Assembly: GCA_051866635.1 (NCBI GenBank)
Contig: JBJDXJ010000009.1
Span: 1-64,000 of the forward strand
From: Clostridia bacterium
Lineage (GTDB): Bacteria > Bacillota > Clostridia > UMGS1883
Direction: 5' to 3'
Length of the DNA stretch: 64,000 bases
Under the pieces are notes generated by a model. The model had not been told where the DNA came from. It ran no database searches and saw only the letters and a program-made list of their open reading frames with translations. The position numbers were made by a program, and so were the translations under genes. The stretch's first letter is position 1, and each line of letters opens with the position of its first letter. This document shows, in pieces, positions 1 through 9,262 of this stretch.

Positions 1-681
1 GCGACGGAACCTGCTACAGAACCTGCGACAGAACCTTCTACAAAGCCTGAAACAGAACCCGATACAGATGTCGTAGAAGAAGTTGAAACAACACCACAAA
101 TTCAGTTTAGCGATATAAAAGAGGATTTCTGGGCAAAGGATGCCATATATAAACTTGTTAACATGGGTGTTATCAATGGTTATCTTGACTCTACATTTAA
201 ACCTGATAATTTAATAACAAGAGCTGAATTTTCAAAGATTATTGTTACTGCTTCCGGTAGATACAACGCAAAAGAAGTTTATACAAGCACCTTTACAGAT
301 GTATTATCTACCGATTGGCATTACTCTTATGTTTCTGCCGCATATAAGTTCGGTTTTATAACAGGCAGAAGTGCGGAAATATTTGACCCCAATTCAAATA
401 TTACACGTGCTGACCTTTGCCTTATTGTTTACAGATACATCAAGTCCATAAACCCCGAATTTAAGGTTAAGACTGATGTGAACGGTGTAGCCCCCACATT
501 TGCAGATGCCGCAAACACTCCTTCATGGACAACAGAGGCTGTAAATGTTCTTTATTCTCATGGCATTGCACCACTGAGAGATACTGTTAACAATAAGTTC
601 GAGCCTACAGCTTATGCAACAAGAGCTGAATGTGCGTATATCGTTTACAACGCAATAAATGTGGCATTGGGAATTAAATAA
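1..681 (+). CDS. C-terminal part of a cell-surface protein: A-T-E-P repeat linker followed by three SLH domains (5' truncated by window)
   Basis: Frame is open from base 1 (ATEPATEPATEPSTKPETEP...). SLH motifs FSDIKEDFWAKDAI...GVINGY...FKPDNLITRAEF, FDPNSNITRAD and FEPTAYATRAE. Confidence 0.85.
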   Translation, partial: ATEPATEPATEPSTKPETEPDTDVVEEVETTPQIQFSDIKEDFWAKDAIYKLVNMGVINGYLDSTFKPDNLITRAEFSKIIVTASGRYNAKEVYTSTFTDVLSTDWHYSYVSAAYKFGFITGRSAEIFDPNSNITRADLCLIVYRYIKSINPEFKVKTDVNGVAPTFADAANTPSWTTEAVNVLYSHGIAPLRDTVNNKFEPTAYATRAECAYIVYNAINVALGIK

Positions 682-726
682 GTCATAATATGGGATTATG
701 CCTTTCAAAAAGACAAGTTAAAATAT

Positions 727-780
727 GAAAAAGGGATGTGATAAAACGATTTGTAAATATCATTTTGTCACATCCTTTTT
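727..780 (+). terminator. Rho-independent terminator after SLH gene
   Basis: Inverted repeat AAAAGGGATGTGATAAAA...TTTTGTCACATCCTTTTT ending in a T-run. Confidence 0.7.
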
Positions 781-807
781 GTTGAATATCACTTCAAATT
801 AATTTTA

Positions 808-879
808 CAGAAAAATCCCCTTGGGCTTTAGCTTGAAAATTTTGTTGTTTCGAGCAAAGTCTAAGGGGATTTTTTCCTG
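808..879. terminator. Second long hairpin, possibly the terminator of the minus-strand small gene
   Basis: AAAAATCCCCTTGGGCTTTAGCTTGAAA...TTTCGAGCAAAGTCTAAGGGGATTTTT. Confidence 0.55.
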
Positions 880-914
880 ATTGATTTGCAATCTTTAATT
901 TGCTATATTAAATT

Positions 915-1169
915 TTATTCCTGTTCAGCCTTGCCGTAAAGGTTATACCTGAAAAGTCTGGATTCGTCCTCCAAATTTTCACATTCAATTGTAGCTTCGC
1001 TAAGCTTACCGCCTTCAAGTACGCTCATTATACCGACAATACGACAGAAAGCAGACTGAAGGTTAATCTTATCGCCATCTTCTGTAGTCATCCATACGTT
1101 GCCTACGCAGTTACCAAGCTCATTAACAAAGCCCTGCAAATCCAAATCATGTACAACAAATTTTCGCAT
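915..1169 (-). CDS. Small conserved-looking clostridial hypothetical protein (possibly HPr-like fold)
   Basis: 84 aa, AGGAGG RBS, own TTGACA-17-TACTAT promoter (1260..1232). Motif CxGxVxxxTxDGDKINLxS resembles a family of small clostridial proteins. Confidence 0.6.
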   Translation of the reverse strand: MRKFVVHDLDLQGFVNELGNCVGNVWMTTEDGDKINLQSAFCRIVGIMSVLEGGKLSEATIECENLEDESRLFRYNLYGKAEQE

Positions 1170-1293
1170 ACTTAAAACCTCCTTAGATTAGGAATTAATA
1201 TTGTTTGTAAGGATTACTTCCTTACTGCTACATAGTATACCCCAAAAGTTTTTTTGTCAATAGCATTTATTAAAAACTGTGATTTTAACCAAA

Positions 1294-3663
1294 TTATGTG
1301 AAGGATTGCTCCGTTCTATTGATAATTTCGTCCTGTAAAGCCTTTGAAAGATTTCTGAAATGGTCACTGTAGCCTGCAACACGTACAATCAAATCCTTAT
1401 ATTCTTCAGGATGCTTCTGTGCCTCTATAAGAGTTGCACGGTCAATAACGTTGAACTGAATATGGTGGCCGTCCATACCGAAATAAGAACGGATAAGAGC
1501 CGCCATATTATTAAGACCGTCTTCGCCTGCTACAACAGAAGGTGTAAACTTCTGGTTGAGAAGTGTTCCGCCTGTCTTTAAGTGGTCCATCTTGGAACAG
1601 CTCTTAATAACAGCTGTAGGACCGTTAACATCAGCACCTTTTTCGGGGGAGATACCCTCACTCATGGGCTTGCCTGCACGTCTGCCGTTGGGAAGTGCAC
1701 CGCAGACTTCACCAAAGTAAACGTGGCAAGTGGTGGGAAGCATATCAATGCGGTACTGTCCGCCCTTGATTGTGGGTCTGCCTGTAATATAGTCACAGTA
1801 TGCATTGAATACGTCCTTCATAATGGCGTCTGCATAATCGTTGTCATTGCCGTACTTAGGTGTTTTATTACTTACAAGATTGTAAATATAGTCAAAACCT
1901 TCAAAATCGGCTTTCACTGCATCCAAAAGCTCTGTCATGGTGAAGTTCTTTTGGTCGAAAACATTGTACTTGATAGCAGAAAGCGAGTCAGTGATAGAAC
2001 CGATACCAACGCCCTGAATGTAATATGTGTTGTACCTTGCACCGCCGCAGTTATAGTCCTGAGCCTTTTCGATACAGTCATCCATAATGATGGAAAGGAA
2101 GGGAACGGGCATATATTTTGCGTAAATCTTTTCGATTATGTTGTTGCCTGCAATCTTAATGTCAAGGAAGTGATGCATCTGCTTGATGAATGCATCGTAA
2201 AGCTCTTCATAGCTCTTAAAGTCTTCGGGATTACCTGTTTTAAGACCAATCTGCTTGCCTGTGTAGTTGTCGAAACCGTTATTAAGTGTAATTTCAAGAA
2301 CCTTGGGTATGTTGAAATAACCTGTAAGTGCATAGTTTTCCTTACCAAGACAGCCGGTTTCAACGCAACCTGTGGAACAGCCATGCCGTGCATCTTCGAT
2401 GGATTTGCCTGCATTCAAAAGCTCCTGAATAATAGCTTCTGTGTTATAGAATGCGGGCTGACCCCAACCCTTACGTGAAATTTCGCAAGCACGGAGCAAG
2501 AATTCTGTAGGAGTTTTTCTTGAAATCTGCACATTACTGGAGGGCTGTAAAAGCTTCATTTCGTCCATTGTGTCCAATATAATGTAGCTTACAGGGTTAA
2601 CGCCGTCCTTGCCGTCCTCTGTGATGCCGCCTGTGTTCAGGTTACAGAAGTCCGTATATGTGCCGCTTTCTTTAAGGGTAATACCTACCTTCGGAGGAGC
2701 GGGCTGGTTGTTGAATTTAATCCAGAAACATTCCATTAACTCTCTTGCTTTGTCATAATCAAGTATGCCGTCTTCAACATCCTTTTTATAGAAAGGATAA
2801 AGGTGCTGGTCAAGTCTGCCGGGTGTGAAAGCATCCCAGGGGTTTACTTCGCTTGTAACACCGATATGCACAAACCAGTACATCTGAAGTGCCTGATGGA
2901 ATGTCTTAGGTGCAAATTCGGGAACCTGCTTACAGTTTTCATGGATTAAAAGCAAATCTGCTTTCTTATTGGGGTCCGTTTCCTTTTCGGCAAGGGAAAG
3001 GGCATATTCACTGTAGCGATGACCAAAGGTAATAATAGCGTCACAGCATATTTTCATTGCTTCAAGCTCAGCCTTTTTGTCGTATGCTTCAAGGTCGTTT
3101 TCAAAGTTAAGGCGTTTTATTCTCTCGTCAATATCACGCTTAAAGTCAGAAAAGCCTTTTTTGTAAATAATATTGCCGGCACCTGTGTGACCGGGACCAC
3201 GCTGTTCCATGAATTCAGTGAACATACCTGCCGCATAGCAGTCTTTCCATTCCTGTGATGTGGAATTCATAATCTTATGACGGATTGAACGGTTTTCCCA
3301 ATAGGGGATAACTTTTTCACGCTGAATTCTTTTATCTTCTTCAGTAACGGAGAAACTTATTAGCTCCCTTTGGTCCATAACCTCCATATCTTCGATTGTG
3401 TGACAGCAAAGCTCGGGGAATGAGGGAGCACACTGAAGATTGTGACCTTTTTCACCTACAATCAATTCACCGTCGTTTATAACAAGGGTTTTTCTTTCCA
3501 TATATTCACGGAAAGCCAATGCACGAAGCATGGGAATATCAACACTGCCTTCATATTTCTTATATGCATCTGTGAATATGGATGCACGTTCAATTGAAAG
3601 GCTGGGGAGAGTAGATACGCTTTGTTCACGAAGCTTCTTTGTTCTTTCTGTATAACCTCTCAT
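1294..3663 (-). CDS. hypD: Glycyl radical enzyme, trans-4-hydroxy-L-proline dehydratase type
   Basis: Gly-radical loop RVAGYS, thiyl motif GCVE, and HypD-type segments EFMEQRGPGH, NPWDAF, ESGTYTDF, MLPTT. 789 aa. Confidence 0.85.
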   Translation of the reverse strand: MRGYTERTKKLREQSVSTLPSLSIERASIFTDAYKKYEGSVDIPMLRALAFREYMERKTLVINDGELIVGEKGHNLQCAPSFPELCCHTIEDMEVMDQRELISFSVTEEDKRIQREKVIPYWENRSIRHKIMNSTSQEWKDCYAAGMFTEFMEQRGPGHTGAGNIIYKKGFSDFKRDIDERIKRLNFENDLEAYDKKAELEAMKICCDAIITFGHRYSEYALSLAEKETDPNKKADLLLIHENCKQVPEFAPKTFHQALQMYWFVHIGVTSEVNPWDAFTPGRLDQHLYPFYKKDVEDGILDYDKARELMECFWIKFNNQPAPPKVGITLKESGTYTDFCNLNTGGITEDGKDGVNPVSYIILDTMDEMKLLQPSSNVQISRKTPTEFLLRACEISRKGWGQPAFYNTEAIIQELLNAGKSIEDARHGCSTGCVETGCLGKENYALTGYFNIPKVLEITLNNGFDNYTGKQIGLKTGNPEDFKSYEELYDAFIKQMHHFLDIKIAGNNIIEKIYAKYMPVPFLSIIMDDCIEKAQDYNCGGARYNTYYIQGVGIGSITDSLSAIKYNVFDQKNFTMTELLDAVKADFEGFDYIYNLVSNKTPKYGNDNDYADAIMKDVFNAYCDYITGRPTIKGGQYRIDMLPTTCHVYFGEVCGALPNGRRAGKPMSEGISPEKGADVNGPTAVIKSCSKMDHLKTGGTLLNQKFTPSVVAGEDGLNNMAALIRSYFGMDGHHIQFNVIDRATLIEAQKHPEEYKDLIVRVAGYSDHFRNLSKALQDEIINRTEQSFT

Positions 3664-3688
3664 AAAAAATCAATCCTTTCTTTTTTAT

Positions 3689-4594
3689 TCATCCTCCGAT
3701 TTTAACATAGGAGAAGAAATGATTTTCAAAAATCTTTTTAATTTCTTTCATCTTTTCTTCAGCCGGGGTACTCATACTGTTTGAGTCATACTCCATCCCA
3801 AGCTTTGTATATTTATACTTTCCCATGTCGTGATAGGGGAGAAGATTAACTTTTTTAATGCCCATTGCACTTGTTTTCTCTGCGATTTTTTCAAAATCCT
3901 CCAAAAAAGCATTACAGCCTTCAATAATGGGCAATCTCAAATTGATGTCGGCACCGTTTTTACACAGCTTTTCAAGGTTTTCCCATATAATTTCATTTGG
4001 CACCCCTGTCAAAGATTTGTGTAAATCCGAAGAATAGGCTTTTATATCGTACAAAAATACATCGGTATAGGGCAAAATCTTTTCAAAAACTTCATAGGGA
4101 GCAAAGCCCGATGTATCAATGCATGTATGTATATGGTATGCTTTGCACATTTTTAAAAGCCCTAACAAAAATTCGCCAAACATTGTACATTCGCCGCCGG
4201 AGAAGGTGACGCCGCCGCTCGATTCCTGATAGAAGGAGGCATCCTTTAAAATAATATCAAAGATTTCTTCTTTTGACATTTCTTTACCGGAAGTTTCCCT
4301 TGCGTTATAGTAGCATACATTTGTACATTTTCCGCAAAGCGTGCATTTATCCTTATCTGTTACAAGAAAATCTTCTTCAATTGTGATTGCACCATTGGGA
4401 CAAGCGTTAACGCACCTTGTACAAAGGGTGCAATTTTCTCTGTTGTACATAACCTCATATTGAGGGCTGAAGGTTTCAGGATTATGACACCATTTGCAAC
4501 GGAGGGGACAGCCTTTAAAAAACACGGTGGTTCGTATACCGTTGCCGTCTTTTGTAGAAAAACGCTGAATGTTTGATATAAGAACTTTTTCCAT
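3689..4594 (-). CDS. Glycyl-radical enzyme activating enzyme (radical SAM with 2x[4Fe-4S] ferredoxin insert)
   Basis: DGNGIRTTVFFKGCPLRCKWCHNPE, two CxxCxxCxxxC clusters, GGVTFSGGE, LLPYH. Immediately upstream of the GRE. Confidence 0.92.
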   Translation of the reverse strand: MEKVLISNIQRFSTKDGNGIRTTVFFKGCPLRCKWCHNPETFSPQYEVMYNRENCTLCTRCVNACPNGAITIEEDFLVTDKDKCTLCGKCTNVCYYNARETSGKEMSKEEIFDIILKDASFYQESSGGVTFSGGECTMFGEFLLGLLKMCKAYHIHTCIDTSGFAPYEVFEKILPYTDVFLYDIKAYSSDLHKSLTGVPNEIIWENLEKLCKNGADINLRLPIIEGCNAFLEDFEKIAEKTSAMGIKKVNLLPYHDMGKYKYTKLGMEYDSNSMSTPAEEKMKEIKKIFENHFFSYVKIGG

Positions 4595-4742
4595 AAAATA
4601 TGCCTTTCAATAAATTAATCCTTATCATTATAATTCTATACCTTTTTGACTGCTGTGTCAATAAAAAAAGATAGATTTATAACCACATTACGACAATATT
4701 TTAACCTTTGTTTATGTATAATAATAACGAGGTGCTAACAAG

Positions 4743-5600
4743 GTGAATATATACATAGATGTTCTTTTTATGATTAACTTTATTATTAATATACTTATCG
4801 TAGAAGGATGTTCCCTTATAATGTGCGAGGAAACGAAGTGGTACAAGACGCTTATTTCCGCATTTGTGGGAGCAGTGTACGCTGTGGCGGTGTTTTTTCC
4901 TTCACTTGAATTTTTCCAAAGCTTTGCCATGAAGCTTATTATTTCGGGAATTATGGTAGGACTGGGCTTTAAAATAACAAACAAAATACGATTTTTGAAA
5001 ATATGGTGCAGCTTTTACCTTGTAAGTTTTATTTTTGGCGGTGCCATTATGGCAATTATGAGTATTACAAGCCTGGGTGCAAAAAGCGGTGCCATAATTT
5101 CAAACGGCAGTATATATTTTTCACTTCCCTGGCAATTTGTTATATTAACAAGTGCGGCAGTATATTTTATGATTATCGTTTTTTCACGGGTGAGAAAAAA
5201 ACGCATTGCAAAAGAAGCTATCGGAAGATTGGTAAAAATATATATAAACGGAAAAACAGTTGAAATGAAGGCGATTATAGATACGGGAAATACCTTGTCT
5301 GACCCAATCACAGGCGACCCTGTAATCGTGTGTGAATACGATGAGCTAAAGTGCCTCTTTACCGACACCGAGGGCGTTAGTACAATAATGGAAAAAATGG
5401 CACTTACGGGAATGAGGATAAGGCTGATTCCCTTTTCTTCCATAGGTGAAGAAAAAGGCGTTATGCCCGGATTTATGCCTGACAGAGTTGAAATAGACCA
5501 ATATCAAGCCAAGAGGTGTGTAATATGTATAAGCGAAAACAAACTTTCAAAGGAAGAAGAATACCACGCATTGTTAAATCCGATGCTGATAGTAAACTGA
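4743..5600 (+). CDS. spoIIGA: Sigma-E processing aspartic peptidase SpoIIGA
   Basis: N-terminal IYIDVLFxINF, TM helices, catalytic [20 protein letters not shown]. Directly upstream of sigE. Confidence 0.92.
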   Translation: MNIYIDVLFMINFIINILIVEGCSLIMCEETKWYKTLISAFVGAVYAVAVFFPSLEFFQSFAMKLIISGIMVGLGFKITNKIRFLKIWCSFYLVSFIFGGAIMAIMSITSLGAKSGAIISNGSIYFSLPWQFVILTSAAVYFMIIVFSRVRKKRIAKEAIGRLVKIYINGKTVEMKAIIDTGNTLSDPITGDPVIVCEYDELKCLFTDTEGVSTIMEKMALTGMRIRLIPFSSIGEEKGVMPGFMPDRVEIDQYQAKRCVICISENKLSKEEEYHALLNPMLIVN

Positions 5601-5611
5601 AAGGGATAGTT

Positions 5612-6328
5612 ATGGATATAAAGGATTTAATTAGTTTTATTGCAGAAAAAAGCTACCGTGAGATAATGGAGCATTTTACACCTGAAAAGGTGCATTACTT
5701 AGGTTCAGGCGAGGTTTTGCCCCCTGCTTTATGCCGCGAGGAGGAAGAGCTTCTTTTAGAAAAGATTGACACAAAAAAGTCAAAGGATGCATTGGTTGAA
5801 CATAATTTGCGTCTTGTTGTTTACATTGCAAAAAAGTTTGAAAACACCAACATCTGCATGGAGGATTTAATAAGCATAGGCACAATCGGGCTTATAAAAG
5901 CCGTAAACACCTTTAAGCCCGACAAAAAGATTAAGCTTGCAACATATGCCTCCAGATGCATTGAAAATGAAATATTGATGTACTTAAGAAAGTACAATGC
6001 ACGAAAAAGCGAAATTTCCTTTGATGAACCCTTAAATGTGGATTGGGACGGAAACGAGCTTTTACTTTCCGATGTGTTAGGCACTGAAAACGACAGCGTG
6101 GAATCTGCACTTCAGGAAGCGGCGGAATTACAGCTTTTGCAAGGTGCCATGATGCGGCTGGGAAAAAGGGAAAGGGAAATAATTAACCTACGATACGGGC
6201 TTAACGGAAAGCGGGAAAAAACACAAAAGGAAGTTGCTGATATGCTTGGAATAAGCCAAAGCTACATTTCACGCCTTGAAAAGAAAATTATGGGTCAGTT
6301 AAAAAAAGACATTGTAAAAAATATTTGA
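5612..6328 (+). CDS. sigE: Sporulation sigma factor pro-SigE
   Basis: [69 protein letters not shown]. Start moved to ATG 5612, after the spoIIGA stop. Confidence 0.95.
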   Translation: MDIKDLISFIAEKSYREIMEHFTPEKVHYLGSGEVLPPALCREEEELLLEKIDTKKSKDALVEHNLRLVVYIAKKFENTNICMEDLISIGTIGLIKAVNTFKPDKKIKLATYASRCIENEILMYLRKYNARKSEISFDEPLNVDWDGNELLLSDVLGTENDSVESALQEAAELQLLQGAMMRLGKREREIINLRYGLNGKREKTQKEVADMLGISQSYISRLEKKIMGQLKKDIVKNI

Positions 6329-6399
6329 CAGTTAATAATGAAAAACAGTATTGTTCATGAATTGTTCAAAAAATGGTGTTAAAATGAACAAGAAAAGAG

Positions 6400-7302
6400 G
6401 TGACAGATGTGAAAAAGATGGCTTTTATATATAATCCCAATGCGGGAAAAGCTCTGATACGTGAGAATTTGTCTGAAATTCTGCATGTTTTTTCAGAAGG
6501 AGATTATGAGGTCACTGTAGTCCCCACAAAACATAAAAACCATTGCTGTGAGTATATATCTTCACGGGGCGAGCATTTTGACACAGTTACAGTGTCGGGC
6601 GGTGACGGCACGGTTAACGAAGCATTTAATGCACTTATGTGTATTGACGAACAAAAGAGGCCTGTTTTAGGATATATCCCCACAGGTACAACAAATGATT
6701 TTGCATCTTCAGTTTCAATACCAAAGGAGATAATTGAGGCGGCAAGGATTGTAAATGACGGTGAGGAGAAAAAAATCGATGTGGGCAAATTCAACGAAAA
6801 GTATTTTTCATATATTGCCGCATTCGGTGCATTTACCTCCGTTGCATACGATACACCTCAGCAAAGTAAAAACCTTTTAGGGTATGTGGCATATATTTTG
6901 GAGGGTATAAAAAGGCTTGGGGAAATAAAACCCTATAAAATACGGATTGAAACAGAAAATGAAACTTATGAGGATGAGTTCATATTTGGCATGGTCACAA
7001 ATGCACGTTCTGTAGGCGGTGTGAAGGTAAAGCACTTTGACATAAGTTTAAGTGACGGCGTTTTTGAAGGCATTTTTCTTAAAAAGATTACAAAGCCGGC
7101 TGACTTAAGTGCCATTGTTACGGACTTAAGAAAGAACATGGAAAAAAGCGATCATTATGTTTTCATTAAAGCACAAAAACTTAAAATAGAAAGCTATGAA
7201 AATATTGCATGGACACTGGACGGAGAATTCGGCGGTGAACACACAAGTGTGCAGATTGAAAATATACCACAGGCAATAAAAATAAAAGTTGCCCGTGAAT
7301 GA
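6400..7302 (+). CDS. YegS/BmrU-family diacylglycerol/lipid kinase
   Basis: IYNPNAGK, GGDGTVNE, IPTGTTNDF, TLDGE motifs. Confidence 0.9.
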   Translation: MTDVKKMAFIYNPNAGKALIRENLSEILHVFSEGDYEVTVVPTKHKNHCCEYISSRGEHFDTVTVSGGDGTVNEAFNALMCIDEQKRPVLGYIPTGTTNDFASSVSIPKEIIEAARIVNDGEEKKIDVGKFNEKYFSYIAAFGAFTSVAYDTPQQSKNLLGYVAYILEGIKRLGEIKPYKIRIETENETYEDEFIFGMVTNARSVGGVKVKHFDISLSDGVFEGIFLKKITKPADLSAIVTDLRKNMEKSDHYVFIKAQKLKIESYENIAWTLDGEFGGEHTSVQIENIPQAIKIKVARE

Positions 7303-7350
7303 AAAATATGGTATCATAAGTGTTACATATGAGAAAGGAAGATTTAGGAA

Positions 7351-9225
7351 ATGGCAAAGAAACAGTTTAAAACCGAATCCAAAAGAATATTGGATTTGAT
7401 GATTAATTCTATTTATACACATAAGGAAATTTTTCTTCGTGAAATTATTTCAAACGCAAGTGATGCAATCGACAAGCTTGTGTTCGTGTCCTTGACAGAT
7501 GGTGCAGAAGGCTTTGACAGAAGCAATTTTAAAATCAGGCTTGACATTGACAAAGAACACAGAACAATCACCGTAAGCGATAACGGTATCGGTATGACAA
7601 AGGAAGAGCTTGAAGAAAACCTCGGTACCATTGCAAAAAGCGGTTCTTTGAACTTTAAGTCCAATATATCAACAGAAGAAAAGGAAGAAAAGGACATTGA
7701 CATTATAGGTCAGTTCGGTGTAGGCTTTTACAGTGCCTTTATGGTAAGCGATTTAGTTACGGTTACAACGAAAAAGTACGATAGCGACCAAGCCTATGTA
7801 TGGGAAAGTACGGGTGTTGACGGCTACAGCATAAAAGAAGCGGTTAAGTACGACTCGGGTACTACAATTACCATGCATATTAAAGAAAATACCGAAGATG
7901 AAGTGTATGACGAATTTTTACAGAGCTACCGTATAAGAAGTATTGTGAAAAAGTATTCCGACTATGTTCGTTACCCCATTGTTATGCAGGTTGAAAAAAC
8001 GGGCGAAAACGACGAAAAATACTTTGAGGACGAAACACTTAACAGCATGGTTCCCCTTTGGCACAGAAGCAAAAGCGAAGTTTCCGACGAGGAATGTTAT
8101 AACTTCTATAAGGAAAACTTCTATGACTTTGAGGACCCCTGTAAGGTTATAAGGGTAAATGCCGAAGGTAGTCTTAATTATAAGGCAATGCTTTTCATCC
8201 CTTCAAAGGCACCTATGACATATTACACAAAGGAATATCAGAAGGGACTTTCTCTTTACACTTCTTCCGTTATGATTATGGAAAGATGCGAAGAGCTTCT
8301 GCCCGAGCATTTCAGGTTTGTAAAGGGTGTTGTTGATTCTGACAACCTTTCATTGAACATTTCCCGTGAAGTGCTTCAGCATGACCGTCAGCTTAAGCTT
8401 ATTGCAAATAATCTTGAAAAAAAGATTAAGTCCGAGCTTAAGAAAATGATGACTAATGAACGTGAAAAGTACGAAAACTTTTTCAAGGAATTCGGTCTTC
8501 AGTTAAAGTACGGCGTTGTATCAGACTACGGTGTACATAAGGATTTATTAAGTGACCTTTTGTTATATTATTCATCCTTCACGTCTTCACTTCAGAGCTT
8601 GGAGGAATATGTTTCTTCAATGCCCGAAGAACAAAAATACATATATTACGCACGTGGTGAAAGCATTTCAAAGATTGATGCACTTCCCCAGAGCGAAACA
8701 GTTAAGGAAAAGGGCTACGGCATACTTTACTTAACTGATGATGTGGACGAGTTTGTGGTAAATATTTTAGGTAAATACAATGACAAGGAATTTAAAAATA
8801 TCAATGATAAGGACCTTGGAATTGAAAGCGAAGACGAAATCAAGGAAACCGAAAAGAAGGAAGAAGAAAGCCGAGAGCTTCTTGATTTTGTAAAGGATTC
8901 ATTAAATGGTGAAGTTGAATTTGTACGTCTTTCCCATAAACTTAAGAGCCACCCTGTGTGCCTCTCCAGCGAAGGGGAAGTTACTCTTGAAATGGAAAAG
9001 TACTTTAAATCACTTCCCGGTGAGGAAGAAAAGATAAAGGCAAGAAGGGTTTTGGAATTAAACAGCGAGCATCACGCATTCCGGGCACTTAAAGATGCTT
9101 TTGAAAATGATAAAGAAAAGGCTAAAAAGCTCAGTAAGATACTTTATACCCAGGCACTTCTTATTGCGGATATGCCTGTGGAAAACCCTGTGGAATTTGC
9201 ACAATTGGTAGCAGAATTAATGTAA
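7351..9225 (+). CDS. htpG: Molecular chaperone HtpG (Hsp90)
   Basis: IFLREIISNASDAIDK, DNGIGMT, IGQFGVGFYSAF, LNISREVLQ. Confidence 0.97.
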   Translation: MAKKQFKTESKRILDLMINSIYTHKEIFLREIISNASDAIDKLVFVSLTDGAEGFDRSNFKIRLDIDKEHRTITVSDNGIGMTKEELEENLGTIAKSGSLNFKSNISTEEKEEKDIDIIGQFGVGFYSAFMVSDLVTVTTKKYDSDQAYVWESTGVDGYSIKEAVKYDSGTTITMHIKENTEDEVYDEFLQSYRIRSIVKKYSDYVRYPIVMQVEKTGENDEKYFEDETLNSMVPLWHRSKSEVSDEECYNFYKENFYDFEDPCKVIRVNAEGSLNYKAMLFIPSKAPMTYYTKEYQKGLSLYTSSVMIMERCEELLPEHFRFVKGVVDSDNLSLNISREVLQHDRQLKLIANNLEKKIKSELKKMMTNEREKYENFFKEFGLQLKYGVVSDYGVHKDLLSDLLLYYSSFTSSLQSLEEYVSSMPEEQKYIYYARGESISKIDALPQSETVKEKGYGILYLTDDVDEFVVNILGKYNDKEFKNINDKDLGIESEDEIKETEKKEEESRELLDFVKDSLNGEVEFVRLSHKLKSHPVCLSSEGEVTLEMEKYFKSLPGEEEKIKARRVLELNSEHHAFRALKDAFENDKEKAKKLSKILYTQALLIADMPVENPVEFAQLVAELM

Positions 9226-9262
9226 AAAAATCATCCGAACATTTTGTTCGGATGATTTTTTT
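9224..9262. terminator. Bidirectional terminator between convergent htpG and malQ
   Basis: AAAAAAATCATCCGAACA-TTT-TGTTCGGATGATTTTTTT, a perfect stem with A and T tails. Confidence 0.85.

Noticed and set aside
1-60. 12-bp tandem repeat at window start as a non-coding array
   Set aside because: It encodes the ATEP linker of the SLH protein.
1582-2478. 298-aa plus-strand ORF and other long antisense ORFs (e.g. 29010-29669, 13631-14140)
   Set aside because: Shadow frames opposite well-supported genes, with no recognisable motifs.
1294-3663. Pyruvate formate-lyase, choline TMA-lyase or diol dehydratase assignment
   Set aside because: No PFL CC pair, no microcompartment genes nearby, and the active-site segments match the HypD pattern.
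4680-4740. Spo0A boxes for the spoIIG promoter
   Set aside because: Only a one-mismatch TACGACA is visible, which is too weak to call.
5516-5611. N-terminal extension of SigE
   Set aside because: It overlaps spoIIGA. ATG 5612 gives the normal pro-SigE length.
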